DNA from: Lepidodermella squamata
Taxonomy: Eukaryota > Animalia > Gastrotricha
DNA: 64,000 nt
Assembly (NCBI GenBank): GCA_047495785.1
Contig: JBLDXI010000001.1
Location: forward strand, 1,550,001 to 1,614,000
Reading direction: 5' to 3'
Shown here in pieces: positions 37,052-49,107 of the stretch. Each line of letters starts with the position of its first letter. Within the stretch, counting starts at the first letter, position 1. The translations under genes and the position numbers were made by a program. The notes under the pieces were generated by a model. It searched no databases and was not told the DNA's origin. It saw only the letters and a program-made list of their open reading frames with translations.

Positions 37052-39139
37052 ATGAGCCATTTTTTTCCTATATTGCTCTCGCTATGTCTTAGCTTATTTG
37101 CCTCAACCACGGCGCATGTCGATCAATGTTGGTCTTGCCCTGATCAGCAGCTTGGCTACATGTCCGCTGCTAATCGAACTTGCAACAGCCCACAGCAACA
37201 AAAATGCCCGGCAGACTCTAAACATTGCATGGTAAAAAATAGTAGAAAATTCCATAAAAACCCTAAAAATTCGCGAAATTTCAGTATTCAAGGGAGCCGT
37301 TTGGCCACTATTTAGCAGCAGCTATTTCCGAAGCTGCTGAATGGCTGGAGAGTTCTCGAATTTTCCTCGTCGACGAAGATATCGGCCTACCGAACGACAC
37401 TCTGAATTGCATGATCGAGCAAATGTTGGAGCTGAGGCGAAATTTGACCGATGTCCTCAAGCCATCTTGTAAACAGTTGGACAGTTGGTTGAAGGCGAAT
37501 AACAAGTCGTCCAAGTCGCCGAATTCCCGCCGAGCTGCAACTGTAAACGACGCTATGTTCATGTGCGACCCGGTGGGTTGGAAATTCTGCGACGCGGCCG
37601 TTGATTTCGGCGGCTGGGTGTGGCAAGCGGCTGATTTGGACAGCAAATGCATGTATCCGGTCAATTACCCGGCTGTCGAAGATTACGAGGCGGATGAGAC
37701 TGGAGGTGGGGACGACAATAAAGCGAGCAGCTCGGAGGATTTGGGCAAAAAACGGCTACGACGAGCGGCTGTGTCTTCTTCGAAAGGAGGTATTGAATGT
37801 TTGAACGATGATGACAATAATATTAAGGCCAAGGAACCGTTTTCGCCCGATGCTACGCGTCCTCCAGTTACTACAACGACAACGACCACAACCACCACTA
37901 CAACCACGACTAGAACTACGACCAGGGCTAAGACTTCAAACGCGACGACAAAAGAGCAAACTTTCACGCCACCGTCGATGTTGCGACTTGGTGGCACTCA
38001 CGTGATCAGCGGGAAAAGTGCGGCTTTGGTCTCTGGTGTCGCAATCAGTATTGAGCCAAGGTTCAGCAAAGACCAGGCTGATGTTTTAGCTGTGCTTCAA
38101 TCCCGTAATTACACTAGTTGGAACAAGCAGGCTGATGCTCATCGATGCGTGGATACTATGCTCTGTCTGCGTACTATCTTAGGTCTAACCAAAGTGTAAG
38201 TCAAATAATAATCTCGACAAAACTTTTCCAAGTTTCAGTTTATTTGGATTTTCGGGTCGCCTAATTTCTGCTAAAAATTCGCAGAAATTTCAAAAAAATT
38301 GGAAAGTGCGGCAGTTATAATAATTATCCGAAATTCAGATTAAAAGACACATAAGAAATCCTATTATTACAGCGTGTCCCATAAGTAACGCAAGCAAAGA
38401 AATTACACGGAAAAGGGTTCAGAAACTACAAGTAACCAAGTAACATGGCCAAAATCCTTTGAAAAATTCATAAAATCAGGAGAACTGTAATCACATATGT
38501 CACTTGGTAACGGGATTAAGACAGTCCGGAGAAATGTGGTCCAACCGGGTAAAATACCGAAAATTACCGAACCAGCTACCATCGGGGTTTCCCGGGTTTT
38601 CTGCAGTAACGTTTTTATTTCTTCGGATAAAGATGGAATATTCTCACGGTAGGTTCAGTATAATAAAATTAGTTGAATTTCTTACAAAAAATATGCCAAA
38701 TTTAACTAGTATTTAAAAAAATAGTTGCGCAACTTCTTGGACACGCTGTAAGGTTTACTGAAGGTATCTTATGGCTATTTTCCATTATTTCAGTCATACT
38801 GGACGATTTTCATGTTGCTCTTGGAATAACTGCAACCCGGGGCCTTCTCCGAGTTCAGCGATGCTACGCGCTGGCAACAGCCCAAGTGAAGGTCGTGTTG
38901 GTGGGCTTGATTCGCCGAGTACGAATCGACCAACGCTGAATGACTCACCAGCCGGCGGGGCCAGTCAGGCGCAAAATACTATCAAGCCTACCAAGCCAGT
39001 CGCGCCGGCCGGTGAACGACCTGAAAAATTAAGGTCTACTGAATCACCGGCCAAATCGTCATCAACACCGAGTAAAACCAGCCACTGGAAAATCGTCTCA
39101 TTTTTTGCATTTTTCTACCATTGCTTCACAAGATTTTGA
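37052..39139 (+). CDS. Ly6/uPAR (three-finger)-like protein 1 with very large loop inserts
   Basis: Signal peptide, then CWSC..C..C..C. Exons about 37052-37231, 37285-38195, 38794-39139. Ends the domain with CCSWNNCN, followed by a Ser/Pro stalk and a short hydrophobic tail. Confidence 0.7.
38370..38748. mobile_element. Tc1/mariner-type MITE in an intron of Ly6-like gene 1
   Basis: Left end TA|cagcgtgtcccataagtaacgcaa, right end ttgcgcaacttcttggacacgctg|TA: imperfect TIRs with a TA duplication. Confidence 0.75.
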
Positions 39140-39375
39140 GACTACAATAATTATTATCCGCGAAATTATTTTGCATTTTATTAGCGTAATATCATAAAAA
39201 TAGTAGTAGTAAAAAAATTATTAATTGCCTGCGTGTGTTGGTCAACATGAGCAATATAAATATTACACTCTATTTGGCAACCGTATGTCGTCGGCCTCAG
39301 GTAATAAATTCAGGTGGGGGCGAACAGTGCGTGGACCATTTCGGTCAAGTGACACCACTAGACAGTGCAATCGCA

Positions 39376-39382
39376 TATAAAA
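39376..39382 (+). promoter_or_regulatory. Putative TATA box of Ly6-like gene 2
   Basis: TATAAAA about 60 bp upstream of ATG 39439. Confidence 0.4.
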
Positions 39383-39438
39383 AGATCACTGCGGGCCAAA
39401 TCTGTCTGCTCTAGCAACAAAAGAATAACAAGCTTCAC

Positions 39439-40291
39439 ATGGCAACTCGGCAATTTCTATGCTTAAGTTTAGCTGTTGGCGTTGTATCGGCTTTGAGGTG
39501 TCACGTCTGCCCAGATGACCCATTTGGAGCTAACGGTTGTACGTTCCAAGAAGCTGTTCTTCAAGAGTGCGGCCCTTCTTTAGGCAGCTTACCCGAATTA
39601 GCTTCGAGCAACTCAAATACCTTATACCGATGTTTGGTAATTTTTTACAATTTAATTTTAAATTTTAAAATTTTTGTTCTTATTTCATAAGCACACTCCT
39701 CATCGAGACATTTTCAAAAACGCAGTTTTGAAAGCAATCGGCTATTTCCAGCAACTGCAGAAGTCAGCTAACCCGTCGGCAAGTGGAGCAAGATTTGGCC
39801 TGTCGCCGTCAAAGCGGGATTATTTGGCTTGTATCCAAGTTTTGCAGGAAGCCCATTCGAACCTGTCGATACCGTCGCCTCGAAACACGCGCTTCGTTTT
39901 TCAGTGCGACACCTCGGACGTGTGCCGAGCTGGCAACATTGAAAAATGGGTCATCGACACGATCCTAGCGAAACCTGAGTGCCAAAAAGTAGCTGGTATT
40001 GACATTGATTTGAAAATAAGAAAAATGGCGCAAACTGGTGTTTTGTGCTGCGATTTTGACGGATGTAATGGCCCGTCTTATTGGATGAGTAAGTTGATTG
40101 GGATGAATGCTGCGGAGAACGAGACCACCTCGACTTCGACGTCTACAACAACTTCGAGAGTACCACCGAAAACGACTTCTACTACAACAACGACAACGAC
40201 TGTTACTTCGCCTACGACAAGCGAGCGTCCTCAAGAAAAGATTGTCGCTAAAAAGCGAAAACTTATTCAATTAGGTTGGTCGACTGATTAA
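39439..40291 (+). CDS. Ly6/three-finger-like protein 2 with Thr-rich tail, probably secreted
   Basis: Exons 39439-39636 and 39692-40291. Signal peptide, LRCHVC...CCDFDGCN, mucin-like tail, no hydrophobic C-terminus. Confidence 0.78.
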
Positions 40292-40637
40292 GGTGTATTT
40301 TACAATTATTATTATTAGCAAAATAGCTCTTTTCCGACGAATAAAAAATAAAGTTGTTAACTCCAATTTCGAGTTTTGAAACTTGAAGTCTTATATAGTT
40401 ATGGGCGTATTATATTCAAGTCCGTGACGGATGCACCTTTAAGACTATATTAACGTCATATAAGAACGGATCAGCTATCAGCTAATAAAAACGACTTTTT
40501 TGAAGGAGGAATGAGGGTGGATAAGCGGCAGATCAACTCAACATTTTAATATATAAATTAATAAAAAACTGGATATCTGTCGCTAAAAATAATTTTACTT
40601 CGATTCTTTTCCAGTAAGAAACTAATTAAAGTTGGGT

Positions 40638-42173
40638 TTAAAATTTGCCGTCGAAGCTTTTGGACCAGCCAGTCAGGCCTACGCCAACTATCGTAAGAGC
40701 TGATGCGAAGGCAAGAGCCAAAAAGCTGCGAATACCAGAGATCTCTCGAAGTAGAAAAACACCGAAAATTGACGAAATAACAGTTGGAAATGTCCCGATA
40801 ATCGGAAACGTCACGGCTACCGACAAATTTTCGTTTGCGACAAATCTGCGGAAATATATAACGAAATTTGAAAAATTCTTGAAAAATTTCCGAAAAATTA
40901 CAAAGCAACTGTAGCGATGCCCCATATCACGCCTGAAACAGCGGCTGGTACTATCACCTTTTTATTGATAATAGGCTTCGGATTAGTGACGTAGTAGGTG
41001 AAGAAGATGAGGGTTGACATCAAATAAATGCCCGAGTATTGAGAAAAGACATAATCAAGCCCTTTGAATAGAAATAGAAACTTGATTAGCTATTAAAAGT
41101 GACGAAGTAATTGCAGTGAACTTACCACTTCTGGAGGATCGATATCCTTTGATTACAGTATGTTCTCGAACGTAATTCCACGGGATGAAAGCGGTTCCGT
41201 AGAAGACGCCTTTAAAAAATGAATTGATTAGGGTTGAATAACTGATTTCGATTCAAATCGAACCTGCTGCGATAGCTAAGGTTAAACCGATCCAGCGTCT
41301 ACAGCTCCGAGTTAAATGCCCCAAAAATACGTAATCATCAGGAATCACAGGTTGAGCGTCCTCGGCGGTTGGTGTTGAAATTAATTTCTGGGCATGTCCA
41401 TTGCTCGTAGTCGAAAGACCATTTGTTGCTCGGTAGAACTGACTAATCGACTGCCTAGCTTCGCCATTTGCTTGAATTTCATGACCAACAAGGCCAGTTT
41501 GACTACTCTCAGCATCTCCGGCTTTGAGGCCTTTCTTCGCAGGGCGGACAAAAGAGAAGCTCACGGCCCTGTAACATCGGTTAAAAATTGATAACGCGAA
41601 AGTTGGTGGAACTTACGCGCAAACACAAATGAAAACACCGACGTAGTTGAGGATAGCATTTTTCGGTACTTGAGGGCACATGCCAAAATCACCTAAGCCG
41701 AACCGACTCACTCCCCACCCAACTATTATGGATGTACAGTTCCATAGTGTAGCGCCAATAGGTATTCCAATCAGTTGAATGACTGGCGCTACACAGGCAT
41801 AACCAAGCGCCCATAGCGCACCTCCTATAACGGTTATTGAGTAAAATTGAGGGTCATTTCGATTAAGCTGGACGACGAGTCCGACCATCCACACACTGCT
41901 GCAGAATACCCATTGCATAAAAAATCCATCGTAGACGTGGCAGGTCTTCAACGGGAGGGGAGCAAGGCCGAAGAAAAACACCGCTACAGCACAAGCGATG
42001 TAGCCTAATAGGAGTGGCGGAGATTCGGCGGTGTGTTGGACGGACTCGACGGTATGCTCACCCTGATAAGGCCCTGTCCAGTTAAAACCGCACGGTATCC
42101 ATTGGTAATCTTCGTCGAAATTAAGCTGTATTGACGGTGATGATGAATTCAGTATATCAGTCTCAGCAAACAT
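40638..42173 (-). CDS. TMEM144: TMEM144-like (DUF1632) multi-pass membrane transporter, copy 1
   Basis: Motifs LLGYIACAVAVFFFG, DGFFMQWVFC, GGALWALG, LWNCTSIIVGWGVSRFGL, NYVG, LDYVFSQYSG, NENLSVAVTFPII, REISG. Multi-exon. Confidence 0.85.
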
Positions 42174-43414
42174 GTCTATTAAATGAAAGACGATTATGAT
42201 AAGGGGAAAATCTAGTTCGTTAATTGCGGAAATCAACAGAGCGATTTAAATGTGTCAAAATTTTCGGACTTGATTAGCACTATTGGGTTATATAAAGTGC
42301 GCATTTGAAAATCACGATTTTAAAGGGGCGTTTTTCATTTGGGAGTTGAGTACATCAGCCAGGCCTCGATATTTTTTGACTATATTGCCCTATTTATCGT
42401 TTAATGAATGAAATTGGGACTCATTAACAAGAAATTGATGTAATTTTCTGAACTATCAAAAAGTCTTTTAAGAAAACGGCACGAAGCGGAAATGACTCCG
42501 GGAATCGTAAGCAAATACTACATAAATGTGGCCTCTAATATACGTAATCTATGGGCGGAGGCGGATTTGCATTTAAGGGAGCCATGTGATGATTTTAATG
42601 GTCGATTAAAATAAAAGTATCCTTGTTAATAATGATTGTCCGCATGCGAAGAACGCGGGAGTTTTTATTCGCGAGCTGATGATTCCGCGATATATTTATG
42701 CATAAATAGCCGGTACAGAACCAGCATGAGTCAACGCGCGTAGTTGCCTTCGCAACGGTATAAACGAGCCTGAGTCACGTGAAGCTAGGGCAGGAAATGT
42801 TGATAGCTCGTTATTTAGGTCGGAAGGGGAAAAATAAATCGATTAGTCTAATAATAATAAAAATGCGTATAATTTTCAAGTAGGCGCGATGTTTTTGTCG
42901 CGCAGGTCATTTCAGCATAACTACTACTACGGGTATTATAATTAAAAGTAAACCGTTGTTCGGATATTTTTAAACTGCCCGTCGCGCCTACGGATGTTCG
43001 CGAGCCTCTGCCATTCATAAATTTATTATGCGTAGTCCCAAAAGATAGAAAAAATCGAACAATAATTACACGCGATTTTTTCGATGCGTCTGACGTTAAT
43101 TATAAGCGCATTTTACGCTCAAATAATTAGGATGAATTGAACGAACAGCATAATTGAATGATAATTGCATAATTTGAGGCCAGTCCGATGCACTCGAAAA
43201 ATCGCTTAAGCAAAAAATTCGGAACAAAAAATACGTATAATAAAATAACCCGGCATATATTTGACCGCGGATTGCACCCCATCGAGTCTAAGTATTGACT
43301 ATAAGATTGACAGCAGCTTGACAAAATGCTAATTAGGAATATCAGGTGTTCGACGAACGTGACTTCGGATCGGTTCGGGTTGCTAAAAAATACCAAGTTG
43401 AGCGGAAAAGAAGG

Positions 43415-44150
43415 ATGAATCAACACTATTATTTATTAGCGAAATTGTTATTGGCTTTATTTTTTGTTGATACTTCACGGTCGCTGCAGTGTTATTCCTG
43501 CCCCTATCCTGGCAACAGCGGTTGTGATTTCTCCGAAACTAAGGTTCAGCTTTGCCCTAGTTATAGAAATCATGGTGGAACCCCAAGATGTGCAGTAAGA
43601 ATTGATTTCGGTAAAATTGGAAAAATGATCAAATAATTAATCTATAGTATGGCCTGGCGCCCTCCTCTCCAAAAATGTATGAATCCGTGTTAAGGGAAGC
43701 TATTGGAATGATACAAAGCAATGCTAGCTTGTATTCCGATCAATGCTTGGCTTTCAGGCTTAATAATTTCCTACAAACTGTGAATGGGCTGAGCGAAAAT
43801 CCGATCAAGTCAACATTTACCTGCATTTCGAGCTTACTATGCGGCAGTTACAGCATTGGCGACTACATCGTTCGAAGTCTGCGTGACGACTGCACGGCTG
43901 CTAATTCAACCCTATTCGACCTGATAGAGCCTGTTCTGCTGGGACAACAAGAACCACTCATGAAATCAGTGTGCTGCAACTGGAATTTGTGAGATCGATA
44001 TTTTTAGATTATTCTTATCCACCTTAATTTCGAATTTTCAGATGCAACAAACCATCCACAGCGTCAAAGTCCTTTCCCAGCCGGATAATATTCCTATTAG
44101 CTCTTGGATTGTTTACTTGGACCAAGATTAGCAATAAAATAGCACAATAA
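43415..44150 (+). CDS. Ly6/three-finger-like protein 3, probably GPI-anchored
   Basis: Three exons. Signal peptide, LQCYSC...CCNWNL|CN, hydrophobic tail RIIFLLALGLFTW. Confidence 0.78.
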
Positions 44151-44243
44151 TGCTAAAAAATTAACAATATCCGTCGTTTATTCGAGGTATCATAGTTTTA
44201 CACTGAGGACATGAAATCACAAGGTTATCACAAATTTGCTCGC

Positions 44244-45620
44244 TCATATTGGTTCTGGCTGGTAGCCCTTTGACCAGCCCGTTAAACCGACGCCGATTAT
44301 GGTTAGGGCAGACGCCAGTGCCAGAATTAGAAAGCTTCGGAGACCGCTGATTTCGTGAAACATAAATATACCGAAAAATGCGGCTATAACACTTGGCAAA
44401 GTGCCAATTATTGGATAAGTAATCGCCACCGATAGAATTTCGTTCGATAGGAATCTATGCAAAATAATGTAAAGCTGATATAAGCTCCTATCATCAGCAG
44501 ATCAAACTTACAAAGCAACAGTTCCTAGGCCCCATAGGATTCCTGATATTGACGCGGGCAGGATTAGGGATTTGCAAATTATTGGCTTCTTTGAGATGAT
44601 GAAGTAGACGAGAAATATTAGGCTGGATGCGAAAATAATCCCGCTGAATTGCGAAAATACGTAATCGAGTGCGCTTCTCGAGGCTCTTTGTCCTTTCACG
44701 ACGGCGTGTTCGCGAACAAGATTCCACGGGATAAAAGCTGATCCGAAGAAAAATCCAGAAATAATAGCCATTGCGACTCCGAGAAGATGCCTGATCTTGC
44801 TGGAATGGACCTTTTTCAGAAAAATATAATTTTCAAGGTAATCGGAATCCCGCGAATCGGGTTTCGCCAAAAAAGGTGGCTGGCTATAGGAATGGATATC
44901 TCCATTCCCGAGAAATCCGTTGTTGTTGGAAGTAGTTTGATGAATGTGATGACTAGACAAAATGTTAATTTCAAGATCTTCCGGTGTATCAGGTTTTTTT
45001 ATGCATAGCTTCAAAAGTCTAAGATCTGTTTGCACAAAAGTGAAAGCAAATGCCCTGTAAAAAAATTGAAATTTTGCCGTTTAACTGTAACATTGAGTTG
45101 GAAAAACTTACGCTACAACGCATATGAAGACGCCGATTGAGTTGAGAAATTCGCTGTTTGGAGCATGAGGACATAGACCGAAATCGCCTAAACCGAACCG
45201 GCTTACTCCCCACCCGAAAACAATCGACATACAATTCCATAGCATCACCCCGATAGATAGTCCGACTAAATTCATAGCTGGAATGCACAGGGCGTTGCCT
45301 AGAGCCCAAAAAACCCCTCCAACGACGGTGAGCGAGTAGAATTGAGGGTCTCCCCGGGTCAGTTGGACTACGAGGCCAACTAGCCAAGCGTTAATGCATA
45401 CGACCCATTGCGCAAACATTCCGTCGTAGGTTTTGCATAGCTTCAACGGAACCCCGTTACATCCGTAGAAAACAACAGCGGCTGCACAAGCGACGTAGCC
45501 GAAGAGAAGGGGCGGCGAGTCGGATTTGCCGTGCATTGACGACGTTTCATCGCCCTGAAATGGGCCCGTCCAGTTATAACCGCACGGAATCCACCTTAAA
45601 CCGCTGCTTTGGTTAGACAT
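44244..45620 (-). CDS. TMEM144: TMEM144-like transporter, copy 2
   Basis: Same motifs as copy 1, including the shared N-terminal WIPCG(F/Y)NWTGP(Y/F)QG, ALDYVFSQFSG and NEILSVAITYPII. Confidence 0.85.
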
Positions 45621-46027
45621 TTTTTTCGCTCAATTTTTCATCAAACATATTTTCATATCTTCGTGACATATCTTCGTAACCGGTCTCATTTTATAATATA
45701 ATATCGTCTATAAATCAATTTTGTTGTTATACCAAGAAAGCCGTCTTATCAAGGCCTTAATTACGCGTGTTTTTTTCACGTGTGTTTTCTTTGCGTGGGA
45801 TAACAATATCTTCCAGGTGACAAAAAATGTATAACTATTATTATGTATGATGCGCGTTATGAAGCGTAGGCGAAAGCTCATGCTGACTACCTGCGACATT
45901 AACTACTGTTTTTCACGAATATCGCTAATGCTACGCATTTCAAAATTGCAGCAGGGACGTAAATTTATAACAGACTTCAACGTAACCTAAACACGTTGCA
46001 TTAATTCACTCGAAGAAAGCTGATGAG

Positions 46028-48826
46028 ATGAGGGCAGTAGCCTGTTTGTTTTGGATTACAGCTGCCATTTGGCTTCCTCATCAGGTTAAATAACTCATTG
46101 TTCAATTAGATTTTCCTAAAACAGGCTTTACAGGTACATGGATTGGCCCTCTGCGCCTTACCGCAGCCGGAAAACGGGGAAATTCTTATGAATGGAACAA
46201 TTGCCGTGGTTAATACAACCATATCGGTGGCGAACGGGTCTGAAATCGTCCTAACTTGTTTTTATGGATACAAAGAGTTAAATTTTACGACCTCAATTGC
46301 TGCGACATGCCTACCGACCGGTCAGTGGTCGTCCGCACTACCAGAATGTCTCAAACCTTCAAAAATCAGTGCTGTTCAGGTAGCTTATTTCCATCTCACC
46401 GGTCTATTGAAGTACCCATTTCTTATTTAGAATTCTACAGCTGAATTCGAGGATGATGTTGAGTTCTCGCCGGTCGAGATGAATGTTACAGAATCTTCTT
46501 TACGCATGCAGGATGGAACAAGGCAGGCTAACAGTGTTGAGTTCGAAACAGCTTGTGGTCCTGCTCCGAGCATTCGCAACGGGAAAGTCGCGATTACAAG
46601 CTCAGCGACGGGAGAGGTCCAATGCTCGACCGGATACTACTTCGACGGCAGTATCAAAGACGTGATTTGTACATCAGCTGGGAATTGGTGGTTGCCCCCA
46701 GGCGATTCGCCATGCAAGCGTAATGAAAGTGTCGCAACAACTCGCGCGTCTTCCCCATTCAGGATTAAAACAGTAGCCTCTACAGCTAGCACTACTACCT
46801 CAACAAGAGCAGGTCTCGTCGCTAACGATAAGTTCCCAATAGATAAAGTTCTCCAAACAAACTACTCCGCTGCAACCAACTCGGTGCTAAGCTTCGTTTG
46901 CAAGATGTCGCGGTCCATTCCTGATGGTGTCGTCTATAATGTTTCCCTCGGCGAGGTGAATGCTGATGGGTACGCATCTTCTGGTTCAAAGATCCGGTTA
47001 GTTTGTTTGAAACCGGATTTTTCCGTTCGATATGGCTCTGATATAACGACATGTCTCGCGGATGGATCATTCTCGGAAGAGTTCGGGACATGCACCTTAA
47101 ACATTAGTAAGATAATTCCATAGGGATTTGTTACCTCGGATTTTAATTTTCGAACATAGAAACCACACCGATAACTCAAAAGACTACAACGACCACTACT
47201 GCGCCAAAGGATTGCCCGGTGCCTCAAATTGAGTTTTCGACGTTCAATTTTACGAAGAAGATCTACGGCGGGCAGAAGGTACCACTGGAATGCGTCAATG
47301 GCTATCTAGCCTCAGGAACGCAATGGAGCATCTGCCACTTCAACGGCACATGGTCGAACGAGTTCGGCACGTGCATTAAAGACGGTATGTGAAATCATGC
47401 GGTATGTAGTGTATGACTTGCGAAAACTCTTGATTTCAACCTCAAACACATATAGACATCTTCGATGCTGTCTTCAAACGGCGGTTGCAGGATCTCCAAG
47501 CTTTGATAGCCGCTGGTTCGAATGTGAATGCGACTGATAAAGACGGATGGACGGCTTTGATGTGGGCGACTTCAATTCGAGACCAGCAGGCTTTCCAACT
47601 CTTGCTCAAAAGTGGCAGCGACGTCAACGCGAGGAACAAAGCTAATTCAACTGCCCTTTTGTTCGCTGCGAAAAACGGAGATACATCCTCGGTTTCTCAA
47701 TTGTTAGCCAATGGTGCGGATGTGAATTCGGTTAACATGTTCGGATCAACGCCTCTCCTATTCGCAGCAAGAAATGGATACTCTGAAACGGTGGGCGTCT
47801 TGCTAGACTATGGGGCTGATGTCAAGGCCCGAGATGAAGGCGGGGATTCTGCTTTCCTATGGTCTGCTCGGATTGGGAATTTGGATATCATGAGGCGACT
47901 TCTCGCGAATAATGCAAGTGTCAATGAGCAGAATAAGGACCGTGAAACTGCCCTTATTATCGCGGCGAAGAAAGGCAACGCTGATATAACCAAGTTCCTG
48001 TTAACCCATGGGGCCGATACGGAGGTCGTTGATGTTTTTGGGATGACAGCTGAGAACCACGCTGATTCTAATGGCTTCGTGAAAGTTTCATCTTTCTTGA
48101 AAGCTAGGGCCAACTCCAAAGAAGTTTCTACTACGTCATCTCTCCAGCTTAATATCACGACTCAGCCACCGACCAGAGCATCTAGAACTACTAAATCAAT
48201 CATCAACTCTACCGTTTCAAAGGCATCTGCAACTACAAAGTATACCACAACAACAGTAGAGGCTCGGAGCATGACTGTTCCAATCAATGAAAGTCTGACC
48301 TCCAGCCAGACTACCGTGGAGAGTATCATCACCTCAACTTTCCCTACAACACAGTCCTCTCTTGAAACTGTAATAACCGAATCAACGTATTCCAGTGTAG
48401 TTATTGATGAGACTACGACGACGACTCCAACCTCAGAACAAGCAGTAACCGATGCCGTTAGTTCAACATCTGCAGTTGTATCAATTTTTCCAGAAAACTC
48501 CGATTCGGCGTCCACCATTCAGCCGTCAACCGAGGCTGATCTCTCCCTCAGTACCGAACTATCGTCAACGACAGGCGAATCAACAGAAACAGACCCTACA
48601 GCTTCAGGTAGTTTGATCACAACATCGTTTTTGACGAATTTATCTTCATTCCTAATTATAAGGTGTTCCAATTACCTCAACCCAAAGCAGCACTGAAACC
48701 TCTGACGTCACAGGCAGTACACTTTCGATTGATATTACAACCGAAACGACTACCGCAACCCTCGACAAGCTAGTGGATGAATCTGGTTCGAATTCAACGC
48801 TAGCCTCGACGAGCTCTGCAGCTTAA
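46028..48826 (+). CDS. Signal peptide + 4 sushi/CCP + about 7 ankyrin repeats + Ser/Thr tail (paralogue A)
   Basis: Signal exon MRAVACLFWITAAIWLPHQ; four CCP modules; a phase-1 intron at 47385-47455 joins CCP4 in frame to the ankyrin exon; TAA at 48824-48826; AATAAA at 48861. No transmembrane segment. Confidence 0.78.
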
Positions 48827-49107
48827 CTTGAATTAGTCTCAACTCGTTTGTAAAAATGCCAATAAAGTAATAGCCATTTGAAGGCAGTCGTTTCTCGCTC
48901 TGGTATTACCTCTTGAAAAAAACTGTTCGCACTTGAGGCGAGTAACAAAAGGTTACTGTTTACCTTTCATCGCGGCTGTTGAGAAAAAACTCGAGTTAGC
49001 CTCTGTGAGCCTTTGTGAGCCGAAACAAAGAGGATTTGAACTGCTAAAACCCTTGCCGGTACATTCATTCAGCCGTCTATTTGATCTAAGAAATTTGGCA
49101 ACCCATC

